From an uncultured Candidatus Saccharimonas sp. (GTDB lineage: Bacteria > Patescibacteriota > Saccharimonadia > Saccharimonadales > Saccharimonadaceae), in assembly GCA_964498955.1 (NCBI GenBank), contig CAZCIE010000002.1:1-28508 (forward strand): 28,508 bases of DNA, written 5' to 3'. Shown here in pieces: positions 1-8,423 of this stretch. Position 1 is the first letter of the stretch. Every line of letters begins with the position of its first letter. Made by a program: the position numbers and the translations under genes. Below the pieces are notes generated by a model. The model worked only from the letters and a program-made list of their open reading frames with translations, had not been told where the DNA came from and did no database searches.

Positions 1-28
1 TAATACCCCGCAACTAGGCGGGGTATTA
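1..28 (-). terminator. Probable intrinsic terminator of the MIP channel gene
   Basis: Perfect 11-bp inverted repeat TAATACCCCGC (1-11) / GCGGGGTATTA (18-28) with a 6-nt loop, 20 nt beyond the MIP stop. Any U-tract on the minus strand would lie outside the window. Confidence 0.75.
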
Positions 29-48
29 AAGTAATCAGATTAAGGATT

Positions 49-903
49 TTATTTCTCTTCTTTAACAGAAATATCAATTTGTGAATGAAGAATGTCTTGG
101 ATAACAAAACCTAGGATGGCACCGATAATTGGAGCGACAATATAGACCGCAATTGGCCATAGTTTGAATGTGATGCCCGCTGCTGCAAATGCAACTGCTG
201 GGTTAAAGAACACCAAGCCCGTGCCCATTGAGGACAACATTATGTATGTGATAAACATCGCAATGTATAATGCAAAACCGTAGGCTAAGGCACCATTAAT
301 TGCTGGCTGATTGTTCTTTTTAAATTTTAATGCGGCTGCAAGCCCGAATGCTAAAATTGCTGCGCCTAAAATTTCTGCAAAAAATACAAACCATTCTTTG
401 CCAGTTGTAAGCGCGGTTGCCTTAAACACTGATGGTGCTGATGTCATAGCTGCATTTGCTGCGACTGTGCCTTTTGCATAAGCTGAAACTACAGTCCAAG
501 CAGCGGCTGCCCCTAACAGTTGGGCTAGTAAAAAACAAACGGCTTGCGCTGATTTTATTTTGCGTGTTACCCAAGCAGCGATTGTCAAAGCTGGGTTGAC
601 TGCTGCACCGGTAATACCACCAATTATTAGCGCAATACCAATTAGCGCAAACATTGCATATCTTGGATCACCTTGAGTGCCCATATAAAATGCGACAAAC
701 ATAAATGTGCCGATAAACTCTGCAATAAATGCTGCAATTAGTTTACTGTTTTTAAAGTTTACTGTTTTGTACTTGTTTAGCAATGCTTGACCTCTGCTGA
801 CTTTAGCTACTTTCGATGATGCAGCTGTCTTTGAAGTTACTATTGATACAGGTTTTTTAACAGTCGTTTTTTTAACCGACTTTTTGGCTGATTTTTCTGC
901 CAT
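49..903 (-). CDS. MIP/aquaporin family channel (284 aa)
   Basis: AEFIGTF helix 1, AAVNPALT, FFAEILG helix 4, FFNPAVAF and six hydrophobic segments. Start moved from 945 to ATG 903 because AAGGAGG (complement of 912-918) precedes it. Confidence 0.93.
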   Translation of the reverse strand: MAEKSAKKSVKKTTVKKPVSIVTSKTAASSKVAKVSRGQALLNKYKTVNFKNSKLIAAFIAEFIGTFMFVAFYMGTQGDPRYAMFALIGIALIIGGITGAAVNPALTIAAWVTRKIKSAQAVCFLLAQLLGAAAAWTVVSAYAKGTVAANAAMTSAPSVFKATALTTGKEWFVFFAEILGAAILAFGLAAALKFKKNNQPAINGALAYGFALYIAMFITYIMLSSMGTGLVFFNPAVAFAAAGITFKLWPIAVYIVAPIIGAILGFVIQDILHSQIDISVKEEK

Positions 904-935
904 AGATTTTTCCTCCTTAAGTGAAATATGTTTAT

Positions 936-944
936 AGTATAACA
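936..944 (-). promoter_or_regulatory. Extended -10 promoter (TGTTATACT) for the MIP gene
   Basis: The minus strand reads TG-T-TATACT, upstream of the SD at 912-918. Confidence 0.6.
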
Positions 945-969
945 CAAAATAAAAAACTTAAAATACTAG

Positions 970-978
970 TGATATAAT
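970..978 (+). promoter_or_regulatory. Extended -10 promoter (TGATATAAT) for the 79-aa membrane protein
   Basis: Consensus TGnTATAAT, back-to-back with the MIP promoter. SD AAGGA at 991-995. Confidence 0.65.
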
Positions 979-1001
979 AAAATACATTGAAAGGACAAAA
1001 A

Positions 1002-1241
1002 ATGGCGTTATTTATTAAACAACAAGATGATCGGACAGAGTTACAAAATCGATTAGCGACAGAGTTGCAAGAAAGGGCTAGGCAGCGTGCAAAAGATACT
1101 GATATGCCAGATGGTGTTAGTGATTCTCAGTATATTAAGGGCACAAAACAAACAACGAGTTTGGCATGGGTTTGGGTAATAATAATAATTGTTGCTGCTG
1201 TCCTGGTAATTTGGCTAATATCAATTGGGGTGGCAAAATAA
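1002..1241 (+). CDS. Small hypothetical protein with C-terminal transmembrane helix (79 aa)
   Basis: ATG 1002 follows AAGGA. Helical charged N-terminus and hydrophobic tail LAWVWVIIIIVAAVLVIWLISIGV. Confidence 0.75.
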   Translation: MALFIKQQDDRTELQNRLATELQERARQRAKDTDMPDGVSDSQYIKGTKQTTSLAWVWVIIIIVAAVLVIWLISIGVAK

Positions 1242-1254
1242 CCATCATTTAGCG

Positions 1255-1260
1255 TATAAT
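1255..1260 (+). promoter_or_regulatory. -10 box for pheST
   Basis: TATAAT 11 nt upstream of the pheS ATG, with no SD. Confidence 0.55.
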
Positions 1261-1271
1261 ATAAAACAGTT

Positions 1272-2282
1272 ATGCAAAATATTGAAGATGTTCGAAGTGA
1301 CTTGATAAAGAAAATTAATGTTAGCGATAATCCTCGTGAACTATTAAAGTCGCCAGAATTAAAACAACTCTACGGGGCAATTACTACTTTGCCGATCGAA
1401 GATCGAGGCTCATACGGAAAGCAAATCAATGAACTAAAGATTGACTTGAATGTTTATATTGATAAAAGAGAGCAGGAGCTACAAGATTCTGAGATTGAAG
1501 CAATCGACATAACTGCGCCTTGGGATATTAATTCTGAGAAACCCGCGCTGTTGCCAGTTGAAAGCGGATCTTTGCACCCATTAATGACAGAACTCGAGAA
1601 CGTTATCGATATATTTACTAGAATGGGGTTTGAGGCAATTGAGTCAAGGCAGCTAGATGACGATGACCATATGTTTGGTACGCTAAATTTTCCAGACAAT
1701 CATCCAGCAAGGGACGGCTACGATACTTTTAGGACAGAGGAAGGCTTTATATCCCCAGCTCATACATCGACAATGCAAAACCGTATATTGAAAAGCGGCA
1801 AAGCAAAACTAGAAGCTGGCGGCCAAATTGCTGCCATTAGTTACGGCAGGGTATTTCGAAATGAGGATATTGATGCTACCCATGAACATACGTTTTATCA
1901 GTATGAAGGTGTTTTTGTTAGTTCAGACGCATCGCTTGGCCAGATGATAGGGACGTTGCGTAATTTTTTTGAATCTTATTACGGACAAAAAATATTAACC
2001 AAAACACAGCCGGCATATTTTCCATTTGTTGAACCAGGATTAGAATTTGTAATTGAAAAACCAGCAGTAATTGGCGGAAAACCAGGAGATTGGCTTGAGA
2101 TGCTGGGATGTGGTATGATCCATCCAAATGTTTTAAGCGCTGCGGGTATAGACCCAGCAAAATACCGAGGTTTTGCCTGGGGTGGTGGAATTGAACGATT
2201 AGTTATGTTGAAATATGGCATCGAGGACATCCGCAACTTTGAATCAGGGAAGCTTTCATTTATGAGGGAGTTTATATGCTAG
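1272..2282 (+). CDS. pheS: Phenylalanine-tRNA ligase alpha subunit
   Basis: SLHP, NFPDNHPARD, GRVFRNEDIDATH, YFPFVEPG, EMLGCGM and FAWGGGIERLVM class II aaRS motifs. Confidence 0.98.
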   Translation: MQNIEDVRSDLIKKINVSDNPRELLKSPELKQLYGAITTLPIEDRGSYGKQINELKIDLNVYIDKREQELQDSEIEAIDITAPWDINSEKPALLPVESGSLHPLMTELENVIDIFTRMGFEAIESRQLDDDDHMFGTLNFPDNHPARDGYDTFRTEEGFISPAHTSTMQNRILKSGKAKLEAGGQIAAISYGRVFRNEDIDATHEHTFYQYEGVFVSSDASLGQMIGTLRNFFESYYGQKILTKTQPAYFPFVEPGLEFVIEKPAVIGGKPGDWLEMLGCGMIHPNVLSAAGIDPAKYRGFAWGGGIERLVMLKYGIEDIRNFESGKLSFMREFIC

Positions 2283-4765
2283 TATCATTAAATTGGTTAA
2301 AGAAATTTGTTGATATTGACGTATCGGCCCAGCAGTTAAAAGTTTTAATTGGTTCACGATTGGTTGAAGTCGAAAATATTGTTGATATTGGTCAAAAGTA
2401 CAAGGACGTAGTTATAGTAAAAGTGATTGAATCTAGTAAAATGGAAGGTTCTGACCACTTAAGTGTAATAAAAATCGATGATAATGGCGTCGTCTCAGAC
2501 ATCGAACGAGACGAAAAAGACTTGGTCCAGGTTGTTTGTGGTGCACCAAACATGAGAGCAGGAATAACAGTCGCATGGCTACCTCCAAAATCGGTCGTGC
2601 CTGACACATACGGCACTGCCGACCCATTTGTATTAGACGCCAGGAAACTACGTGGAGTAATGAGCAATGGCATGATTGCTAGCGCAAAAGAGCTCGACAT
2701 ATCAGACGACAATGAAGGAATACTTGAGATTGATGAATCTGTGGGCGCAGGTGTATCATTTGCTAAACAGTATGAGCTGGATGACTATTTGTTTGATATC
2801 GAAAATAAATCATTAACCAGCCGGCCTGATTGTTTTGGTATCATAGGCTTTGCTCGAGAAGTATCGGCGATATTAGGAAAAAAATTTACAAATCCTGATT
2901 GGTTTTTAAACACAAACATACAAGACGTAGGTCAATCTCGTGACACTCCCATTAATGTGACTATCGAAGATGAGACTCTTTCTTCTCGCTATTTGGCAGT
3001 TGTCATGGACGGCATTTCGGTCTTGAAGCAGTCGACTTTAATTATTCAAACTTATTTATCGCGTATGGGCGTAAGGCCAATTAATGCAATTGTTGATGTA
3101 ACAAATTACTTAATGTTATTAACTGGTCAGCCGCTTCATGCTTTTGATTATGATAAATTGGTAAATCTATGCGGCGAGGTTATTAATATCCATGTACGTT
3201 TAGGGAAAGAAGGCGAAAAACTTGAACTTCTTGATGGAAAGACAATTGAACTTTCGACTGAGGATATCGTAATCTCAGCTGGTAAAAATGCGATAGCCCT
3301 AGCCGGAGCAATGGGTGGTTTAAATACTACAATTGACGAAAATACTAAAAGAATTGTCATTGAAAGTGCTTCATTTGACCTTTACCGTTTACGTGCGACT
3401 CAGATGAGGCATGGGATATTTAGTGAGGCTATAACACGATTTACAAAAGGTCAGACCGCTGGCTTAACGGCGCCGGTAATAGGACAGGCGACTCAAATGA
3501 TTTCAGAACTTACAGGTGCAAAATGTGCTAGCCCAATTGCTGAAGATTACCCGGTTGTCCAGTTACCAATTAAAATTGACCTTGACGTATCAAAGATTAA
3601 TACAGTTCTTGGTAGCAACTTTGAAAAGGATACAGTACAAAAAGTTCTTGAAAATGTAGGTTTTTCTATTACTCATAAAATTAGTGGACTAATGACGACA
3701 ACTGTGCCATATTTTAGAAGTGACGTTCATATCCTTGAGGATATTATTGAAGAGGTTGGACGTATTGCTGGCTTTGATAATATTAAACCAACGTTACCGG
3801 TTCGTGAATGCATTGGCGTTAAGCCAGACGATTTTGATATTTTTAGGTCAAATCTTCGAAGGACTTTAGCGAAAGCTGGTGCAAACGAAGTACTGTCGTA
3901 TAGTTTCGTGAATGCTGATAATATTAAAAAAGCAGGTCAGGATCTAACAAACTCTTATCGAATAATCAATTCAATTAGTCCTGATCTTCAATATTACAGA
4001 CAATCATTATCTCCGAATCTTTTGGGATTCGCATATTCAAATGTGAAACAAGGATACGACAACTTTGCATTATTCGAGATTAATAAAGTCCATCAAAAGG
4101 ATATTGGTTTAAATGATGAAAGTGTGCCAAATGAGATAGAATCGCTTGCTTTGGTAATTACAAATAAAAACCCAGGGTCTGGTGCTGCATATTACCGAGC
4201 AAAAAGATTACTTGACATGTTGTCCAAGACGGCTGCGGTCGACTTAGTATACGAGACAATAGAAGAGGGCTGCAATGACCCATCGGCAGTAATTTTTGAC
4301 CCAAATAGGTCGGCGAAAGTTATTAACAAATTAACCAATGCAATAGTTGGTTATGTAGGAGAGTATAAAAAATCTGTCATTAATGGGTTCAAGATTCCAG
4401 AATATAGTTCAGGTTTCGAAATAAATTCAAGGACATTGTTTGTGCCAACAAACAAGATAATTAGCTCATATTCACATATGAGTAAATATCCTGGCACGGA
4501 AAGAGATATGTGTTTTAAGGTAGCTGACGATATTTGCTATAATCAGGTCAATGATGCGATTTACCGAGTATTGTCAAAGACAAATTACAAAACAGAGGTT
4601 CTACCGGTCGATATTTATAAGCAGCTTGAAACAACTACGAAAAATATTACGGTTCGTGTAAAAATTACGGCGTTTGACCATACACTAACCAGAGATGAAA
4701 TTGCTGAAGTTATAGATAATGTCTGCAAGTCAGTAATATCAGCAACAAATGCCGTTATTGTTTGA
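2276..4765 (+). CDS. pheT: Phenylalanine-tRNA ligase beta subunit
   Basis: MLVSLNWLK start, VVCGAPN tRNA-binding OB fold, SRPDCFGIIGFARE, B3/4 domain, DILEEVGR-like motif (DIIEEVGR) and C-terminal YPGTERD ferredoxin-like domain. Overlaps pheS. Confidence 0.98.
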   Translation: MLVSLNWLKKFVDIDVSAQQLKVLIGSRLVEVENIVDIGQKYKDVVIVKVIESSKMEGSDHLSVIKIDDNGVVSDIERDEKDLVQVVCGAPNMRAGITVAWLPPKSVVPDTYGTADPFVLDARKLRGVMSNGMIASAKELDISDDNEGILEIDESVGAGVSFAKQYELDDYLFDIENKSLTSRPDCFGIIGFAREVSAILGKKFTNPDWFLNTNIQDVGQSRDTPINVTIEDETLSSRYLAVVMDGISVLKQSTLIIQTYLSRMGVRPINAIVDVTNYLMLLTGQPLHAFDYDKLVNLCGEVINIHVRLGKEGEKLELLDGKTIELSTEDIVISAGKNAIALAGAMGGLNTTIDENTKRIVIESASFDLYRLRATQMRHGIFSEAITRFTKGQTAGLTAPVIGQATQMISELTGAKCASPIAEDYPVVQLPIKIDLDVSKINTVLGSNFEKDTVQKVLENVGFSITHKISGLMTTTVPYFRSDVHILEDIIEEVGRIAGFDNIKPTLPVRECIGVKPDDFDIFRSNLRRTLAKAGANEVLSYSFVNADNIKKAGQDLTNSYRIINSISPDLQYYRQSLSPNLLGFAYSNVKQGYDNFALFEINKVHQKDIGLNDESVPNEIESLALVITNKNPGSGAAYYRAKRLLDMLSKTAAVDLVYETIEEGCNDPSAVIFDPNRSAKVINKLTNAIVGYVGEYKKSVINGFKIPEYSSGFEINSRTLFVPTNKIISSYSHMSKYPGTERDMCFKVADDICYNQVNDAIYRVLSKTNYKTEVLPVDIYKQLETTTKNITVRVKITAFDHTLTRDEIAEVIDNVCKSVISATNAVIV

Positions 4766-4771
4766 TATAAT
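4763..4771 (+). promoter_or_regulatory. Extended -10 promoter for FKBP-trxB-ppa
   Basis: TGATATAAT overlapping the pheT stop. SD-like AGGGGG before ATG 4803. Confidence 0.6.
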
Positions 4772-4802
4772 TAAATAAATTTGTAAATACACAGGGGGTA
4801 AT

Positions 4803-5396
4803 ATGTCAACACCGCGCTCGCAACGAATCGGAATTTGGATTATAGCAATTGTTTTAACTATTGGTACATTAGGATCATTTTTAGTAATGGTCTTAAGCAT
4901 CCAGAATCAGTCAATTGATCAGGCTGAACAGAAAAAACAGTATGATAGTTATCTGGAAGAACAAAAGAAGGCTGCCAAGCTAAATGCAGACAATTCGGAG
5001 TCATTTTCACCAGATTATTCTGCCGCCTCATTTGATCCAAGTACGGTCACAGGATTAAAAGTCGAAACTATTATTCAGGGTACTGGACCTGCGGTTAAGG
5101 CAACAGATTCAATAAATGCCAGTTATTTTGGGTGGGCATCTGATGGAAAAATATTTGATAGTAGTAAAAAGAAGGACGCGGCAGTAGATAACCCAACGAC
5201 ATTTTCGCTTGATGGTGTGATTGCTGGATGGACAGAAGGGCTTACTGGCGTGAAGGTCGGCAGCACTGTTAAATTAATTATTCCAGCCGAAAAAGCATAC
5301 GGGGCCGAGGGTTCGGGTATTATTACAGCAAACTCACCGCTTCAATTTATTGTTCAGATTCATAAAATTGATAATAGTGCGGCAAAATCTTCATAA
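4803..5396 (+). CDS. Membrane-anchored FKBP-type peptidyl-prolyl cis-trans isomerase
   Basis: N-terminal TM helix, then GTGPAV, YFGWASDGKIFDSS, VIAGWTEGL and LIIPAEKAYG FKBP motifs. Confidence 0.93.
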   Translation: MSTPRSQRIGIWIIAIVLTIGTLGSFLVMVLSIQNQSIDQAEQKKQYDSYLEEQKKAAKLNADNSESFSPDYSAASFDPSTVTGLKVETIIQGTGPAVKATDSINASYFGWASDGKIFDSSKKKDAAVDNPTTFSLDGVIAGWTEGLTGVKVGSTVKLIIPAEKAYGAEGSGIITANSPLQFIVQIHKIDNSAAKSS

Positions 5397-5397
5397 T

Positions 5398-6327
5398 ATG
5401 ACAGAAAAAGTACGTGATTTGGTTATTATTGGTGCCGGCCCAAGTGCTTTGACAGCCGCACTGTATTCAGCGCGCGAAAATATAGAAACCGTTTTGTACG
5501 AAAAATCAACAGTGGGTGGATTAGCCGCAATTACAGATATGATTGATAATTATCCAGGATTTCCTGATGGAGTAAGTGGCTATGAGATTGCTGATAGGAT
5601 GCAAAGGCAGGCCGAAAGATTTGGCGCAAAAATTGAGTATGGCGAAGTCACGTCTATTAGTAAAAAAGGTAAAGAGTTAGATATTGAAGTTGGTGGCAAG
5701 TCTATTAAATCAAAATCAGTATTAATTGCGACTGGATGTAGCTATATAAAAATTGGAGTGCCAGGAGAGTCCGAATACTACGGCCGAGGCGTTCATTATT
5801 GTGCAACATGTGATGGTGCGTTTTATAAAAATAAAAACGTTGTTGTGATTGGTGGTGGAAACTCTGCAGTGCAAGAGGCAATATTTTTAACTCGTTTTGC
5901 AAAACATGTTGATATCATATCTTTATTTAATATATCAGCTTGTGAAGTATTACAAAATGAAGTTAAGAATTTTGTAAAAAACGGCACAATCTCGATATAT
6001 ACAAACACAAACACTAAAGAAATTGTTGCTAGTGATAACAAAGTTATCGGAGTACGCGTGGATCAGAATGGAAAAGAGCTTGTTATAAATACTGACGGTG
6101 TTTTTGTGTTTATTGGGCTAAAGCCAAATACACAGTTTATAAATAATAGTAATATTAAACTAGACGATAAAGGTTTTATAAAAACTGACTGCAATTTTCA
6201 GACAAGTATGGCTGGTGTTTTTGCGAGTGGTGATGTGCGAAGTGGTGCAACTATGCAAGTCGCAAGTGCCGTTGGTGAAGGTGCAACTGCCTCAATTAGT
6301 ATCCGCGAATATTTAGACAATAATTAA
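5398..6327 (+). CDS. trxB: Thioredoxin-disulfide reductase (low-Mr TrxR family, 309 aa)
   Basis: IIGAGPSA FAD motif, HYCATCDG redox CxxC, GGGNSA and GVFASGD. Start moved to ATG 5398, 1 nt after the FKBP stop. Confidence 0.95.
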   Translation: MTEKVRDLVIIGAGPSALTAALYSARENIETVLYEKSTVGGLAAITDMIDNYPGFPDGVSGYEIADRMQRQAERFGAKIEYGEVTSISKKGKELDIEVGGKSIKSKSVLIATGCSYIKIGVPGESEYYGRGVHYCATCDGAFYKNKNVVVIGGGNSAVQEAIFLTRFAKHVDIISLFNISACEVLQNEVKNFVKNGTISIYTNTNTKEIVASDNKVIGVRVDQNGKELVINTDGVFVFIGLKPNTQFINNSNIKLDDKGFIKTDCNFQTSMAGVFASGDVRSGATMQVASAVGEGATASISIREYLDNN

Positions 6328-6339
6328 TAGGAGTGATTC

Positions 6340-6858
6340 GTGACTGATTATAACCAAGACATTAAACCTGGAAATATACAATCTGGTGCTGTAAATGTTG
6401 TTATTGAAATACCGCTTGGAAGCACTGAAAAAATTGAATGGAATCGTGGTAATGGTCAGATGGAAGTTAATAGAGTTGAGCCTTCTATCTTTCCTGAACC
6501 AGTTAATTATGGTTTTGTGCCACAAACTACAGGTGGTGACGGTGATAATTTAGATGCTATTGTCATTTCTAATAACCCTATTCCGACCTCATCTGTCTTA
6601 GAGACAAAGATTATTGGGATTATGAAATTTATTGATGAAGGCGAAGTTGATGACAAAATTGTTGTTACTTTGCCAGATTCAACAATTAATGAAATAGCAG
6701 ATCTACCCAAAGAGACTATTGAAATTATCGTGCAATACTTTAATCATTATAAAGACTACATTAAACCTGGCATTACGTCGATTGTGGGATGGGGAAGTGT
6801 TAATGATGCCAAGGTTGTAATAGAGCAGTCGATTAATCGTTTATTGGCAGAAAAATAA
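6340..6858 (+). CDS. ppa: Family I inorganic pyrophosphatase
   Basis: IEIP, NYGFVPQT, DGDNLD, DEGEVDDK and HYKD motifs. GTG start after AGGAGTG. Confidence 0.93.
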   Translation: MTDYNQDIKPGNIQSGAVNVVIEIPLGSTEKIEWNRGNGQMEVNRVEPSIFPEPVNYGFVPQTTGGDGDNLDAIVISNNPIPTSSVLETKIIGIMKFIDEGEVDDKIVVTLPDSTINEIADLPKETIEIIVQYFNHYKDYIKPGITSIVGWGSVNDAKVVIEQSINRLLAEK

Positions 6859-6863
6859 CAATG

Positions 6864-8336
6864 CTACTCGTTTTCTTTTAATTGACTGCGTAATTTATTT
6901 TTTGCATGAGTTGTAGTGACTAAATCTAGCCAACCATGTTTAGGCATGGATTGTTTTCGTGTTATTACTTCAATAACGTCACCGTCAGCAAGTGATTTAT
7001 TAAAAGAATGGATCTTTCCATTAACGCGAAAACTGTAAGCATGCATAGCAATGTCGCTATGAACTAAGTATGCAAAATCAAGTGGCAAAGACCCTTCTGG
7101 TAAGTTAAAAATATCGCCTTTTGGGGAATAGACAAATATTCGGCTTTTAAATAGGTCAATATTTAATTGATCTTTTGATATTTCTTCTCCTTCTTTTAAT
7201 TTAGCAGCGATTTCTTGTAATTGAGTAATCCATTGCATATTTGCTGGCAAAGTTGAGGTACCGGTTTTATTGATATATTCTTTTGAAGATTTTTGTTCAT
7301 TGTAATGGAAGCTAGCTGCTAGCCCTCGTTCGGCAAATTCATGCATATCATGAGTCCTAATTTGAAATTCGACAATTTGTTTTGTGGGCGTGATAACTGT
7401 TGTATGAAGACTTTGATAACCATTTGGTTTTGGCGCAGCTATGTAGTCTTTGATACGACTTATCATTGGCTGATAAAGGCTATGAACAACACCAAGTGCA
7501 CGGTAACAATCATCTTTATCATTAACAAGAATTCTTAAAGCAATTAGATCATAAATATCGTTAATGTTGCCACCAACTTTTGCTAATTTTCGATATAAAC
7601 TGTAGGCACTTTTCACCCGTCCGTTAATTTCGGAATTGACGTTTTGTTTTTGTAACTCTTTTTCGACTTCAAGTCGAATTACCCCAAGTTTTCGAGCACT
7701 TTTGCCAAGACGTTTTTTTATCATTATTTCGGTTTTTTTATATTCTGCAGGGTCAAGAAAGCTAAAGGCTAGTTCTTCAATTTGGACACGAACTCGACCC
7801 ATACCAAGTCTGTCGGCCATCGGTCCAAAGACTTCTAGTGACTCGCGAGCAATTTTTAACTGTTTTTCAACAGGTAAAAACTGTAAAGTTTGTAAGTTAT
7901 GTAACCTGTCGGCAAGTTTGATTATTATTACTCGTATGTCTTGGCCGACAGCTATTAATAATTTTGATAAATTATCTTTAGTTTTTGGCAAATAACCTGA
8001 CAGGTCTTTCATACCGGACCTGGCCTTTGAGACCTTTGTAACCCCATCAACTAAAAAGGCCACATCGTGGCCAAAAACGCTCTCAATTTTTTCCAGACGG
8101 AGGCCAGTGTCTTCGACTGTATCGTGTAGTACCCCTGCTATAATGCTATCAATATCCATACCCCAAGAGATTAAAGTGTTAGCCACAGCAATAGGGTGGG
8201 TGATATATGGATCACCATTGGCTCGTTTTTGATTTGAATGGGCTTCAGTTGCGATGTCAATAGCATTACTAAATTTTAGTATTTGATTCTTTTTATAGTA
8301 TGGTTTGGCTTCGTTTAGTAGTCCAACTTTGTCCAT
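6864..8336 (-). CDS. rel: RelA/SpoT-family bifunctional (p)ppGpp synthetase/hydrolase with HD, synthetase and TGS domains only
   Basis: PYITHP, LHDTVED, KLADRLHN, GRVK, RIKDY, NGYQSLHT, EFQIRT and TGS domain (YSPKGD...DFAYLVH). Confidence 0.95.
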   Translation of the reverse strand: MDKVGLLNEAKPYYKKNQILKFSNAIDIATEAHSNQKRANGDPYITHPIAVANTLISWGMDIDSIIAGVLHDTVEDTGLRLEKIESVFGHDVAFLVDGVTKVSKARSGMKDLSGYLPKTKDNLSKLLIAVGQDIRVIIIKLADRLHNLQTLQFLPVEKQLKIARESLEVFGPMADRLGMGRVRVQIEELAFSFLDPAEYKKTEIMIKKRLGKSARKLGVIRLEVEKELQKQNVNSEINGRVKSAYSLYRKLAKVGGNINDIYDLIALRILVNDKDDCYRALGVVHSLYQPMISRIKDYIAAPKPNGYQSLHTTVITPTKQIVEFQIRTHDMHEFAERGLAASFHYNEQKSSKEYINKTGTSTLPANMQWITQLQEIAAKLKEGEEISKDQLNIDLFKSRIFVYSPKGDIFNLPEGSLPLDFAYLVHSDIAMHAYSFRVNGKIHSFNKSLADGDVIEVITRKQSMPKHGWLDLVTTTHAKNKLRSQLKENE

Positions 8337-8342
8337 AAAAAC

Positions 8343-8371
8343 ATTGTATACTTTTTTAAAGATAATGTCAT
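8343..8371 (-). promoter_or_regulatory. Sigma70 promoter for rel (probably leaderless)
   Basis: ATGACA (8366-8371), 17 nt, TACAAT (8343-8348), 6 nt, ATG. Confidence 0.6.
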
Positions 8372-8386
8372 CTGTAATTATTAAAC

Positions 8387-8415
8387 TTGATAACTTGCCA
8401 CATTACGCTTATACT
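8387..8415 (+). promoter_or_regulatory. Sigma70 promoter for the sugar-phosphate operon (probably leaderless)
   Basis: TTGATA (8387-8392), 17 nt, TATACT (8410-8415), 8 nt, ATG. Confidence 0.65.
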
Positions 8416-8423
8416 TAAACTAT

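Noticed and set aside
904-945. Longer MIP start (945) from the ORF track
   Set aside because: The extension overlaps the SD (912-918) and promoter (936-944). ATG 903 has a properly spaced AAGGAGG.
5350-5397. Longer trxB start (5350)
   Set aside because: It overlaps the FKBP 3' end by 47 nt. ATG 5398 directly precedes the FAD-binding strand.
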